Positions 38,029-52,665 of a stretch of 64,000 bases of DNA are shown in pieces. The notes beneath the pieces were generated by a model. It was not told the DNA's origin and searched no databases. It saw only the letters and a list, made by a program, of their open reading frames with translations. The translations under genes were made by a program, and so were the position numbers. Source of the DNA: Paragordius varius (lineage: Eukaryota; Animalia; Nematomorpha); assembly GCA_964247055.1 (NCBI GenBank), contig OZ176055.1, forward strand, positions 1,798,001-1,862,000. Reading direction: 5' to 3'. Every line of letters starts with the position of its first letter. The stretch's first letter is position 1.

Positions 38029-41000
38029 CTATTTAGGGTTTACCTTGTGATGATGTTGATGAAATTTATCCAATAATTTTTGTCCGGCTTTAGATCTATG
38101 ATGGCCTCTACGTTTTCGTGCTGTGCCCTTGTGTTGAAGTGAATCTGGTGATGATGCGGATGCAGTGGGCGCATTTATGATAATACTAACCCGAGGGGCT
38201 CCTGGCGGACCGACTTGGAGACTACCCATAGTATTTGTGTTACTTCCCAGCCCACCTCCTACACTTTTGTAAGGACCACCACCGCTAAGGTTTGGTGAAG
38301 TTGATGCAATAATGGATAGCGTACTCCCAGCCCGTAACATTTGAGTCGATCGGTGATGAAGTGGACGACGTACCAATTCCATATTCATTCTTTTGGTGCC
38401 TGTCTCTCCTCCTTGTTCTTCGTGTTCAGATATCATGGGTACATAGCCATCAGCACCAGTCGTACCAACTGTAGAAAATTTAGCTGGAGACCTAGGAGCC
38501 TTCCTAGATTTCCGGAAGAAAGCATTAGATGCAGCTCGTGTCATTCGCCTAAATTTGTTGGCCAGCGAACGCTTTTGAACCGGTCTCAACATGAAACTCA
38601 CTAAGCCGGCAGCCACTATGAATGAACCGGACACGTAGAAACTTGCATTATAATTCCCGGTTTTATCATAAATCCAACCTGCAAGGGGTGGACCTACGAT
38701 AGATGTTATCCCCCTAAACAGGATAAGTAAACCAAAAGCATTGGTAAGTCGATCAATACCCATCAAATCCACCAAAATGATTGAAGTGAGTGATATAAAA
38801 GCAGCTAAAAATGTGCAAAAAAATAAATTTAAAAAAACTTAAACGAAAAAATTATATGTACAGAAACGTATTTTAAATTTTTGCCGCATGGTTGAACAGT
38901 TTAAGAAAATTTAACAGTAATTTTTGAAAATATATACAACAATTTATGATTATATTGTTGAATTTTGAATACCTATGTAAAAAACAGCTTGGACTTGCCT
39001 TATGTTAACATAGGACATGTTTAATTCCAATAAAAATCTCCATTAGTTAATATATAAACCAAATTTATTAACAAATTAATTATATGTAAAATTTACCAAC
39101 ACTGAGCCCAAAAATGAGTAGGTTAAAAGCCAATAGGCCGAATGATTTACAAAGAGGGCATATAATGGTACAGGCTCCAACTATAACCATACAAACATTG
39201 TTGACAAGTAGGGAATCTACCCGAGGGTTATCCGTTAAATATCCGAAAAAGAGTCGACCTTTAATAAATGTAAATATGCATATGACCTAAAAATATGAAA
39301 TAATTAATTTTATATAAAAGAAATCAAAATTGAGAACATTATGCCATGTGAAAATGGAGTTACAAATTATCGATAAAGAAAGCAGCGCTTGAGTCAAAAA
39401 AATTTTAATGTTTAAATTGAATTTATACATTATTTTATGCTAAATCGATCTCCTCCATTTAATTCCTCTCATACAAAAGCACATTAATAAATTTAGTTGT
39501 GGTTGTTACAACAAGTTTTGATAATACACCATCGTTAAGTATTCAGCTTTTTGTGAACTAGGTCTTTGTCAATGCAATGTTTTTAGCAGTTTGAGTTACT
39601 GATAATCCAAAACAATCTTTTAACAATTTAAATTCAAAACATGCATTTTACATGAAAAAAACCCAACTAATTTTCGCCTTTCGCATAATATAATCCATCA
39701 AGCAAACAAACAAACAACTAATTAATCCATAATGAAAAACATACCAACAATGTTAGATGCTCCAATGATTGATACGAGGAGTGATGCTTGATTCCCTACC
39801 ACCCCTATCTGTTTAGCAAGAGCCACGCTGTACACAAAAGGGACATAAAACCCGGCAAAAGCGAGCACGTTAGAAAGGCAAACTAACAAGAAAACCGGTT
39901 CACGAAACAACGATAAATCCGTCATTTCGGACAAAGGGTCAGCACATCGACGCCCCAAACAAGGGCACAACTTGCGGGTGAGGAATTGACGAAATCTATG
40001 TTTAGATGCTGGGGGCGGTTGTGCAGGACCAAATTGTCCACTGATTGAAGGTGCGACTATAAAGTTAATTATATATATTATATATTTAATTAACAGTTGG
40101 CTATGTTAACAAAAAGTTATAAGAACATTTTATAAAAGTTGAAATTAAGTTAGTGTCATGAAAAATTGAGTATAAAACACAACATCAAAGACACTTTATA
40201 AAAACATCATACCAGAGGTATAAAAAGTATTCTTTGATCAAAATATTAGCACATAGTTTTAATCTTAAATTGTGGAAACAAGGTAAAATACAAAACACTG
40301 TTCAAGGGAAGGCAAAAAAAGAAAATATGATTTACTTGACGGTTCTCGCCCAGGGAATCGGGTATCCGCTGCCGGTCCCAAATTACTTGCTGCTACGCCG
40401 ACTGGAATCGAAACCATACTGGCATAGTAGGATTTAGAGTCACCCAGTCCACGATATTCCGGAAGGTTGACTACACTCCCGCTGTAAAAAATATCTTTTT
40501 TATACAGCGGTCGGCTAAAATCCTCAGGGACGGGTAAGGGATCCGTGAATTCCAGTTCAACTCCTTGATTCATTCCTCCGACAGTCGTAGCGCTTTCTTC
40601 CTCCTCCAGCGGGCTAAGCGTATCTCCCTCCTCCAACCTTTCTCTGTTCTCATAATCGGCATCATTGTCGTCGGCATAATCGTCGTGATAAAAATCGGCA
40701 GTAGCGGCAGGCTGTTCATCTGAACCGACCGATGTCGCCGTTGAGATTGGTGACAATGCTACAGCTGCAGTATGGGTGGCACGTCTTCGACTCGGCTGGT
40801 CAGTCGCTGAAACGTTTCTAGATCGCGAAGAAGAAGGACCACCAGAAACCACGAGTGAAGATGGCGAATATGTGGCGGCTGATAAACGGCCAACCGGAAG
40901 ACTGATTCGCGAGCCCCGGAAATCAGGTCCTCCTTCTTTACGATTTTTATGGTGGCTAATGGAAAGGCGTAAGGATTGTTCAATGTTGTGGCGATAATCT

Positions 41001-44000
41001 TGTGGATTTATCCCTGACACCGTTGAAGACAATATCGGATTGTTTGGCAGTCCCCCGGTTATTTCGGTTCGGGCCGTGGAGGAGGTAGCTTCGGCCTCAG
41101 CGGCTGTTGCCATGACAACGCTGGCCGGAATTCGGAGCCGACTTCGGGTTCTAGCATGTGTATTAAGTTGTTTAAATTAAAATATATTAAAGTTTATATT
41201 TTTATATAATGTTTATCAAAAATATTTTTCTTTTAATAGCTTTTATATATAGTTTTGATAAATCAGTGATGAAAATAGAAATAAAATTTTGGCTTGCGTA
41301 ACAATATTGCTATTTACTGTCGAAATATAGTGAAATAATTTTTTCTTTAATTATTTCATGAAAACAAAAATATTATCTTTGTAATCCCTAAGATTTCATA
41401 AATTTTATTTGTTTAGTTGATATAAATGTTTAAACTCCCTCAATATGCAGTGGTATAATAATCAATAAATTTCTTTTAAATCGACAAACAACTATTATTG
41501 TTTTAAATATTATTTAAGTGAAAATTGAAATTAGACATAATGTAAAAGCATAAAGACAATTAATTTTTCAAAAGATCCGTATACTTTTTTAAATTTGATC
41601 TGAATATAACTGATTAATTTAAATTGCCAAGAATTATATAGACGTATAAATTGATAAAACATTAATTAATTATTTATTTTCTCGTATTTAAATAATTTAT
41701 GTCGTAAAAATCAAGGTTGAAAAAGCATGGTTGGTTATTATCTTTTCAAAAAACAATTGTAATATGGTCATGTTTTGTCTGTATAATCGATGTAATAATA
41801 TATTGGCTAACATACACTATGATGCAAATGATGTACACCTACCTACCTACCTTGTAAGATTGGAAAGACTCATGCTATTCAGACGATCATCATGATGTTG
41901 TTGAGTATTTTGTTGAACTTCTCGTTCTGTCCCTTCTTCGATTGTCGCCGTTTGCTTTGAACTACCCGTACCCTCTTCAATGAGCGGGTCTTCAGCTATC
42001 CTATATAGTTTGGGATCTGAAGCAATTCTCATTCGGGCATCTTTGTCCTCTTTAATGCGTTGCAGGAGTGGTTTAGCTTTGGGCGCTTTGGGCATAGGCA
42101 AAGGTCTCATCAATGCACCCATAACGACTGTGTTAAGTATGATGCCAGAAAATATGGCAAGACTCCCACGCCAACCATACCGATCAATCAAGAACTTTGT
42201 CATAGGTCCAAACACAAACGTACCAACCCCTGAACCACAAACCGCTATGCCCGTCGCAAAAGCCCGCTTACGTTCAAAGTAATATCCGACACTAACGATA
42301 GCTGGGAGGTATATGAGCCCAAATCCAATACCTGAATGCAAAAATTTGATGTATGCATGCTGAGGAATTTGTATATCAATTTTTGTTCAATTTTTGTAAA
42401 ACCATATATTAGTGTCCTAAAATTAAAAATTTTGTTGTTCGAATTTATATAAATTTAACTTTTATTATACATTATTTTGACAAAAACAGTTTAAAATTGT
42501 GTTCTCCCGATAATATATACAATATTGTATTTGGTTATAATTTCATATTGACTTAATAAAAAATTAAAAGTATAATATATTTTTCGCATTGAATTATTAC
42601 CTCCGAGTACCCCATATGTCAGAATGAGCATATTAATACTGGGCGAAAACATGGCAATGAGGAAAGCGAATGAAGAGATAATACCACCCGCTATAGTTAC
42701 TGGTCGACAACCAAATTTATTGGTCATTGCACTAACTATTGGACCTGTTATAGTATATTTAAAAAAATCTATAAAAAAATTAATCTTACCATCATAATGA
42801 CCTATTATCCGTATATAACATTTTATTGTTTAAAATTTAAAAGGAATGAATTTTAAAATATATATTAGATCAAAAAAATATTTATAAGATTTAAAAATTT
42901 TAATTCATTGTAAAAGACTATTTATTAACTAACTCGTTTGTACGGGTAGGTAAAGGCAACTTCTAAGGGTTAATTTTAACACTAGGAAACCCCAGGAGAT
43001 TGGGAAGCATGATGGCACAAAATATATATTTTATAAGCCGGCTTTATTTAAAATGCTTATATTAAAACCGTTGTTTTAATTACATACACAGTAGTCATTT
43101 TAGACATTCTTTAGCCTGGTGAAGCGAATAAAGTACCCTCACCTCTGAGTTAAAGGGGTTGGTTTATAAGGGCATATAATCCGTAAAACATTGCCTCAAT
43201 TACAAAACCATGAAGAAACGACTTACAAATATGATTGATGATAATAAAACACTCACTCACCTACACAAAGGTACATGCCAGACAGTAACGATCCTATCCA
43301 AGCCATTTTACTGGCCGGTGAGTCCGGGAACGATTTCTCGAGATCCATGTACAAGACACCTACCGTATAACATATCCCATCGACCACCATGTTACAGAAG
43401 AAGGAGGCAAACACAATGATCCAACCCCAACCCCCATCCGGTGGCCGAGGGACAAACTCGGGCGGAGCTTCGAGTTCAACCACGTGGGGGTCATATTCCT
43501 CTTGGAAATTGGCCAAGGAAGTATCTATTTCTTCGTCGTCCTCATCACTACCCATCATACCAATAATTTCGGGTGAATCATCATTATGCTGTGTGCGTTG
43601 TGGAGTTGTGTCATTGTCACTCTTGGTAATGAAGGGTGTAAGCTCTGAATCATCATTCAGCATATTTGAGTTATTGTTGTTTTCTAACGCATTATTTGTT
43701 GTTGATGTTGGTGGGGCAATGCGATTTTGTTCAATCGTAATTGGTGGGATTAATTTGTTATCAACGTGATTTGAGGGATCTTTGTATGATGAATCATCAA
43801 TTGTATTGGGTTTTATGGCATCTGCTGAGGAAACGATAGAATCTAATACCGTGTTATAAAGAAGAAAGGAATTAAAATCAGTCATGTATCCTTTATTTTA
43901 TCAAGAATTTATTTTCTATCTAAAAGATATCAAACGTTAAAAAAGCATGGCTTAAGGTAAAATAAAATAATGTATAATACTTGGTATTGTTCCATTTGTA

Positions 44001-44092
44001 GTAATGGTTGGATTCTTTGATTTATTTGTCGTAATGTTATCATCAGTGAGAGTAGTAATATGATTAGGGGATAACGCTTCAGAAACTACCAT
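38029..44092 (-). CDS. SLC16/monocarboxylate transporter-like MFS protein (MCT12/14-like invertebrate type). Exons 44092-43981 (probable), 43890-43261, 42744-42601, 42331-41851, 41150-40336, 40056-39745, 39258-39097, 38804-38029
   Basis: MCT signature PPDGGWGWIIVFASF; NKFGCRPV; YFERKRAFATGIAVCGSGVG; loop motif PLYKKDIFYSGS; GRLFFGYLTD; VDLMGIDRLTNAFG; GPPLAGWIYD. All junction phases agree. The first exon and its AAG acceptor are less certain. Confidence 0.92.
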
Positions 44093-45801
44093 GGGTGGCT
44101 CCATTTTATTCTCTTTTTACTAATAAATTTTTGGCTCGGGTAATTGTTTTAATATATGGGAAATGATTTTAGTTTTGTTCTTGAGTAGATAGATTGATGC
44201 ATATTAATTGTCAAATATTTTTAAAGTGCTAGCTTGGAATATGCCATATCAAATAAATGATTTGTTGTGTAAAATCCTAAAAACATATAAAAAAAACTGT
44301 TATGTCAAAGTGTGGCATAAATAATTAACCCTATTTAACAATTATTACCTTTTGGGGTAGTTTTATATAAAGTGATTTAAGCACAAAACCATCCGGGATT
44401 AAACCGAGGTTAAAAGATATGCTTTCTTTAGCCTTTTAAGCACATTATACAAAAAAAATTTTTTAAGTATAATTTTTAAAAAAATCCTCAACCCAAACTT
44501 GTTTGCCGCCATTTTTTTTATAAAAAATTTTTTAATTGGTAATGCAACAGGCAATAAATGTATATTATGGTTAGAAAATGTAAATAATTTACTTTAAAAA
44601 GCGTTGTTGATATACCAGGAAATTGATTTAATACCAGCTGTTCGTTTCAATAGCGTATTTATAGAAGTCACAAAACTGTAAAAATATAAGATTTTTTGTC
44701 TAATACATGAGAACAATGCTTAATAATTTAATTTTAACTAAAATAATTTTTAACTGTATATTTACAAAATTGAGCTCTGAAATATATAAAACTACCTACC
44801 CCAAAAGATCAACTAGGACAAAAAAGTGAAAAAGGTAATAAGTGTTAAAGTTATTTTAGTCCTTTTATTGTAAGTTAATAAATTCCTAATTACAATTAAG
44901 ATTCAAATATTTTGTCATAAAAATAACAGCAAAAATAAATAAAACATCTTTGAGTATTAATAACAAAAAAATTAATGACAGGTACAAGCTTTACTTGTAA
45001 ATGAGATATAAAAAAACTACTATCTAAAAAACCAATTAATTATGCGTGATGATGATGAATTTTGCCTTTTGCAGTTCATTATTAGGCGAGTATAAAAATT
45101 TAAAACAAGCTTAATTTTAATCACACATTATTATGCAAAAATGATTAATTTGTTTTTGGTTTTGAATCGGTTGTGTTTATATATAAAATTTTATTTAAAA
45201 ATTCCTATTTTAAGGGTAAATAAGCTGATGATATCTATGTAGATCGTGAGAAACTTTTTAAAAATTTGTGCTTGGTTTATGGTCGGTCGTCTTACAAGGA
45301 AGGAGGAAAAATAGTTTTATTAATATTGTAAACAAACGAACATTGTAAAATGGTAAAAAACTATATAAATTATAGAGGTTTTAACATGTCATTATATTTA
45401 GGGTTAAGAATAATTTTGACACTTTAATAATTGTTCAATCAAGCATTTGTGTTGCTTAAAACGTATCCTACGTATTGAACCCTAAAACCAATAAGATATT
45501 TAGTGGAATAAATACACCCTAACATGTCAACAAACAAAAATATAAGATATAAACAGTCAAAATTCTTTATATAAATATTATATTGGATAGATATTAGACA
45601 GTCATTCGGGAGTTTAAAAAGCTCCGTGTATACATTATATATAAGTATTAAAAAATTATGAAAAAACTATATATCCAATTAAGTTCACAAAAAGATAATT
45701 GTTTAATATTCTAAGGGCATAGTTGACCAAAAATTTATTTTCAAAAATAATATAACCCTAATAAATTCAATATACAGATAATTTAAAATAATTTGTTAAA
45801 G

Positions 45802-46936
45802 TACCAGGCGTATTCATATGTCTTTTTTTGTGGAAGTAAGAGCAGAGTCAAGAAAAGTAAGCAGACGATTAATTTAACACAGACCCCATTTTGTTGATTT
45901 GATTAAACGTCAAACATACAAAATTTGGGTCCGTGAGGTATCGTTTTTACAATTTAGTAATCATGCCGAATTTCGTGCTTTAAATTGGAAGAAAAGGACT
46001 GATGAAAGTCATTAATGGTAAACTATGGTGAACATACTTTAGTTAATACACGGGAAACATGGTTTAGAAAATTTGTAATAAAAGGGTAATGTCTGGCAAA
46101 CACAAGTGCGAACGATAACGTGAAAGATATTGGATGATGGCTCAAACGGCAATCAGCACAATTAGCAGAAGCTATATGTATTACAAAAAATCATCAGTAG
46201 ATCTTTACGATCAATGGGAAAGACAATTAAACTTAATAAATGAGTCTCAAACAATTTGAATGAACACAAATCGAATATCGCCTGTGACATGTGAAATCTT
46301 GCCTCAACGTCACTAAAGGAAATTATTGTTGCGTCGAATTTTGACGGGTGATGAAAAGTTGCTTTATTTTGAGAATCCAGGGGAAAACCTTGGTTTTCAT
46401 CTCAACAAGCCCGAATCGCTCCATAAGAAAACCATACTTTGCGTCTCAGGGACCAGATCAGTATTGTGTATTATGAAGTTATGAAAGGCGGTGACACCGT
46501 CAATATACAACGCTATCGACAACAAATAATTTATTTAAACCATGAATCAATCAAAAAACGACCGGAACGGGCTAAAAGTCATGGCAAAGTATTTTTGCAA
46601 CATGACAATGCTCCTACTTGAAGCGCCAGTAAAAGACACCTAAAAATCGCTTCGATGAAAACTTTTTAGAATCGGCTGTACTCTCTTTACATAACGCCAT
46701 ATAACTATTTCCTCTTTGCATCAATGGTCCACGCTTACAGCGCAGCACATAAATAACTTTGAAGAAGTTGGAAAATGGCGTGTCGAATGGTTGCCGCAAA
46801 ATCATTTTTTAACATTCATATATCACCTGATAGATGGGCGAAATGTGTAGAAGCCAATGGACAATATTTGGAATAAAATGAAATTTCCTTCGATCTTACA
46901 TGCTCTCAAAACGTTAAATTGTGACTACACCTGTCA
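45802..46936 (+). mobile_element. Decayed mariner (Mos1/mauritiana-like)
   Basis: Left end taccaggcgta and right end tacacctgtca. ATG MPNF at about 45963; RILTGDEKL; VYYEVMKGGDTVNIQRYRQQIIYLNHESIKKRPE...VFLQHDNAP; DRWAKCVEANGQYLE*. Frameshifted. Confidence 0.9.
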
Positions 46937-49278
46937 AGAAAGGTCATTATATTGTTTATTTTTCAAAATATACTGTAAGAACAATACTCATTGATTAAAT
47001 GTTAATTAAACTTTATGCCACAATATTTTATTACTAAGAAAATTGAAAATTTCATAAGTGTATATAAATAATTTTCCAAAAAACATGCGATTTATATTTA
47101 AGCGGCCCCATCCAAAAATCTTATAATAATATTATTTTATCGATCTTTTTTATATTATATATATATTAATCATTTTTATGCAAAATTATTATTTATAATT
47201 TCATTTCTTTATAACATGTAACACATATAGATAATACCCTCAAGGATAATTATAATTAAAAAAAAATAATCATATTACATACTTGTATAAAATCATACTT
47301 TAACATTAATAATTTCCTATATTTTATATCAAAAATATTAATACTTTTCGCACAAAAACTGAATTAATTATAAATTATAATGAAGGAAAATGTTCATTTT
47401 TTGTCAACATACTCAATATTTCGATAATCTTTTTTTTTCATACATTTATATTTATATAATATATATAACAGATTTTAATTAAAAAATTTGTAAGAGATTT
47501 AATTTAAACTAATTATTAATCAAATATTTTTTATAATCATATTTTAAAATTTAAAATTATTAATTAATGTATTTTTGTTTTTTATTGTGGCTTTAGGCTA
47601 AAAAATATTTGTAAAAAATGTCAAAAAAGTGTGTGCACTTTCTTTGCCTTTATATATGTAAGTTTGTGGGAGGAGATATATAAAATGAAATTTAAAATGA
47701 TAGATGGACATATTATGTTTTAATTAATTTATACATATAAAATACTCTGTCAATACAATATAAACTATGCATTTAAGTGCATTTCTTGAGCCGACTAATA
47801 GCTTAAATCCAATAAATATTAGTTTGTGTTGGCCTGAATTGTAACCAACTGTTAATTTATTAATTTAACTTAAAATTAATATCTCAATAAATATATTTGT
47901 ATCCTAAAATATATTTAATGAAAAAGACATTGCATTGCGAATAAAGAATCTGAAAACATACAAAAATTAAATACGAACATTAACTTATAGGCATGAATTG
48001 AAATAGCCATAGCGTTTCATACTGTTTTGTTAGAGGCAAGTTTTGAATATAACAACATAAAATAATAAAATAACCAACAAAGACATTTAAATAAATATTA
48101 TAAATCCGATATTTTCTCAAGGACAATTACGCAAAATTTGCTGCAAAAAGCAATAATGTTTGGTATTTAAGTGTGCAAAAAGGCCAGGTATTAAATGAAT
48201 ATGCTAAGGTCGACGAATTCGTCCCTAAGCGCACAAACACAAATGGTAGAATATAGACAAGAATGGAAGAATATTTTTCAAAATCGCTCTAATCCTTAAA
48301 TTTTACAAATACTGAACTGTAAATAAATTTTTATCGATGATCCTAGCCAAAACTCTATATATAATTTTTTAATATAAAACGTTAAAATAAATTGATAAAT
48401 TATTAGTTTAGGTATCAATCAATCTTGTGAACATGATTAAAATTGAAAAAAACTTTCAGTATAAAAAGCTCCGCCATCTTGAGATTTTATAGAAAGCCTA
48501 ACTATATGATTTCAGGCTATATATATTGATATTTCCTAAAATGATAATAAACCATTATATTTCAAATTTTTTTAATTATCCTTAATTTTCACTCTCTGTA
48601 CGATTTCGATTTTCTCTAAAAATTTTAAAAGCTAGGTTGTCACCAAATTAAAATTTTTGCGGCAAATAAATTCGCTGGTCATAAGCTCAAACATATTTGT
48701 TAAAAAGAATAACCCTCTATTAGATGCATTATATATGATATATTTCGCCTTCAATATAGGAGCCTACTTAGTTCTATTGTGTCTGTCGCAAGCAGATCGA
48801 TAAATTCCTATCTACATTCCAAAAAAATAGAGATAAAAAATAAAGGATAATAAAAACTGTTAATGAGGTTAAATTATAAACAATACAATATTCATTCATT
48901 TAAATGAATATAAAATTATATAATTCATCTTAAATTCTGAAAATTATTTTATTGTTTAAGATCCAACATTTTATGTATCTGATACCACAAGGGTTAATGT
49001 AGTGACATCGTCAAACCAAAATCAATTTTTTTTTTGAATCACTTCCATATTATAGATTAATATTAATAAATGTAACTCTAAAGTTTGCCAAAGAAATGCA
49101 TTTAAGTTTTCTCAAATCCTAGCTAAGAATATCGGATCAATAACCTTAGACTATTGTGTAATATACGTTTAAAGTAATATAATAGTTTTACAAGCGTGGT
49201 GCATTTCTAAAATTAAAATATAGATATGAAAATAGGCCTTAAAGGGGCGGATTAAAATTGTTTCAATGGGTAAATAAT

Positions 49279-49498
49279 TTACCATTTACTAACCCTCAAA
49301 CAATTCAAATTCACCCCTGAACAGGGCTAATATAACTCATCATTGATATGAAATACATTTTTACGACATAGTTTATTATTTTTCCAGCATTATATTAATT
49401 TTAAACAGCATTTTACATTTTAAATATTTTATAAAATGAAGGAAATCTTAAAAAACACCTAATTTATTTTAGGGTGAATTTGAACTGAAAATGGTATA
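49279..49498. mobile_element. MITE family C, copy 3
   Basis: taccatttact...caaattcacccc / gggtgaatttgaactgaaaatggta. Confidence 0.65.
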
Positions 49499-51099
49499 TA
49501 TAAGAAGCTGTTTTGCACCCCACATTGTTAATAAATATTGGTTGGGACCTTAATAAAAAAAACTTGGTATATTTTCTGAATTTCAATAATTTGTTAAACG
49601 GTGTTTACAAAATAATTCAGAAAACGGAAAATATATTATTAAAGTTAAAAATATGATATTAAAGATTAATTTACGAAAAAACAGTGAACAATTTTTACAG
49701 CTAAGTCTCAAAAAAATTGGGAACAGCTAAAATAATAATATTTTTGTTTGAATGCATTACATTTTAACCATTTAACACACAAAGTTATAGGGTTGATGTT
49801 ATAATGCGTAAAGACCTTGCAGCTAATATTTTGTGGGATATCTATTAGGAAAGTAATAATTTTATTATGCCTGCAATTACGGCAAAATAAAAAAACTGTC
49901 CTTAAAAATATAAATTAAAAACAATAAAAAAATGTGGTGGTTTAACAAAATAAAATTAAAAATATTACTTTTATACTTATGCGGAATATAGAAAAACCAC
50001 GAGCCTTTATCTAGGGGTTAGGCGTTGTATAGCAAATAAAAGAATATTCATATGATGATATTGCGTCATGGATAAAGTAAATAAAATTTTTATTGTTAAT
50101 AAAATTAATTTATATCATATTAGATACATTTTAAAGTAATAAAAAATTCTTATTAAAGTTAGTTAAAAATTTTTTAATAGCGATAATTATTTATTTAAGG
50201 TAAATCATAATTAACAGTGCCTCCAAAATTGGGGGTATAAAAATAAGCTGATGAAATATTTATATTCTGTTGGGAAAATGTATCAGGTTTATTAGGATGC
50301 GGCTTTAGCCCTAACGAGTGACTTAAGAGAATTATTTACACTTTTGTGGTAAGTACTCCATATCAGAAAATAGCAAAAACTGCGTACATTTTATTAATAA
50401 AAATTTTTTGGTGAAATGAAGCTTCCTTAAAATAATCCCTAATCGGTAAACTAAAAATAAAAACTAAAAAAAAATTTTAAATTTTTTTTAATTAGATGTG
50501 GGCTTCGAAATTCCCAATTGTTTTGCTTCTAAGTTAGTTCTCTCAAAACAAAGGCAAAAATGTGGGGTTGCCGATAAAATTAAATATTTGGTGAAATGTT
50601 TAAAACTAATTTTTTTTAAAAATGCCCAATTTCTTCAATTAATTTTTTGTGAAGCGTGCTTCATATTTTCGAATCATTATGGAAACGGGTTAACGGTTTT
50701 AAAAATTACACGCCTTTTCATATTTCGATGATTCTGAACAATTCTATCCCATCAAATTTTTATCAAAATATTCTTTCGTCTGCACATTTATAATAGATCA
50801 ATATTGTGTTTAGCAAGCGATCATTTAAATCAAAATTATGAAGTAATAAAATTCTAGTATTATCAAAAAATTTTTTGCTAAAAATTAATTTTTTGTAAAA
50901 AAATTGTTTTTAGTTTATAACAAATTTTAGCATATATTTAAAATTCTATCCCACAATCTCGACATTTTCACGCTTATTTTAAGACATGGATGCATTTTAG
51001 TCTTTTGATTTAGGGTTGGATTACCCAAGCCTTTATAAAATTATTACTTCAACAAATATTGGAAAAAAAATGATTATGGCAAATTATTGCACTTATATA

Positions 51100-52333
51100 A
51101 CATAAAAGCGGTCCCATAATTTATGCTTCTATTTTAATAAAAATTATATAAGTATGCCAAAATATTCAAATAAAATTTTGTTTCGAGAAAAAATTTCTAT
51201 GTCAAACTACTTCTGCGCCATTTTTTACAATTTTTTACAAAATATCACTTATATTTAAATGTAAAATTAAAGCTAATTTTTTATTTAAATTACATCTAAC
51301 AGGGATAGAAATAGAAAAAGCGGTTTTTGTTTTATTTTTCAATTTTACCATTGCACACATGTCACGTTGACTAAATTTTTACCTCACGGTTTTAGCTTAA
51401 ACAAGGAATATCAAGTATTTTTAAAAAAATTTCATATAGTTCGGTTTATTAATGGTAAATAAGTGCAAAGTTTTGCCATGGTTTTTATTCATTCCATATT
51501 TTTTAAAGAATTTAATTTTAAACAGGCCTGAGGTATCCAACTATCCCAACTTGAATCGAAACACCTTAATGAATGTGCAGCATCTAAGTATTAATAAACC
51601 GCAATATTAAAAATTCATTTATAAATACAGAAACTTAAACGTAAAAATTTAGTCGTAAAATGTGCGCATTAGCTAAATTTAAAAATAATACAAAATAAGC
51701 CCTTTCTATTGCCATTAATGTAAAATGTAATTAAATTAAAAATTAGCTTTGATTTTAGCAAAATTAACACTTGGATACAACACATTCATTTTAGTCCTTG
51801 GATTTAAATTGGGGTAGTTAGATACCCCAGGCCTGTTAAAATTCAATTTTAAAAAAATAAGGAAGGAATCGAAGTCCTGTTAAAATTTTCCACTTATATA
51901 ACATTAATAAACCGAAATATATAATAAATTTTATTCAAAAATACTTGATGTTACTTATTTTAAGCTAAAACCGAAAGGTAAAAATTTCGTCAACGTGACA
52001 TGTGTTTAATGGTAAATTAAAAATAATACAAAATAAACAGCTTTCTCTATTTTTATCAATGTTAGATGAAATTAAATAAAAAAATTAGCTTTAATTTTAC
52101 CCTTAAAATTAAATGAAGACGATATTTTGCAAAATTGCAAAATAAAAATGGCGTCAAAGTAGTTTGACATGTTTTTTTTTTCAAAACAAAATTTTATTTA
52201 GATATTTTGGCATATTTATATAGTTTTTATTAGAACAGAAGCATATATTTTTGGAACGTTTCCTTCAGTAGTTTTAAATCTTAACCATTTTGATGGGGGT
52301 ATTTAGATACCCCAATATGAATCGAAGTGTTAA
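51100..52333. mobile_element. Two TTAA-family copies in opposite orientation (about 51100-51594 + and 51764-52333 -), forming a quasi-palindrome
   Basis: Shared blocks atgtcaaactac / gtagtttgacat, cacatgtcacgttgac / gtcaacgtgacatgtg and caggcctg. TTAA|CACTTGGAT at 51764 and GAAGTG|TTAA at 52330. Confidence 0.7.
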
Positions 52334-52665
52334 ATAGAAATTTGGTCGAAGTTAGATATGGAATTTTTTCAAAACTAAATTTTTAGATATATTGGCTTAT
52401 TTATATAATTTAGGATAGAAGCATAAATTTAAATCGGAACTGTTTCTTCCAGTAGTTCAAAAATATCCACTTAGCATCCTATACATTTTGGGGTAATTTC
52501 TCCCTGAGCGATTGAGCGATTTGAAATTCTAATATCCAAAAAATTAATTAAGGTATTAAATCAAACTTAAAAAGCTTTCTTGACCTTTTAGGTGCATTAT
52601 ACAATTTTTTTAAAAAAAAATGTAAAATTGTAAAAAATTCTCATCTCAAACTTTTGCTAATGTAA

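Noticed and set aside
38341-43769. Plus-strand ORFs (38341, 40776, 41980, 43210, 43389) as separate genes
   Set aside because: They are antisense shadows of the GC-richer MCT exons.
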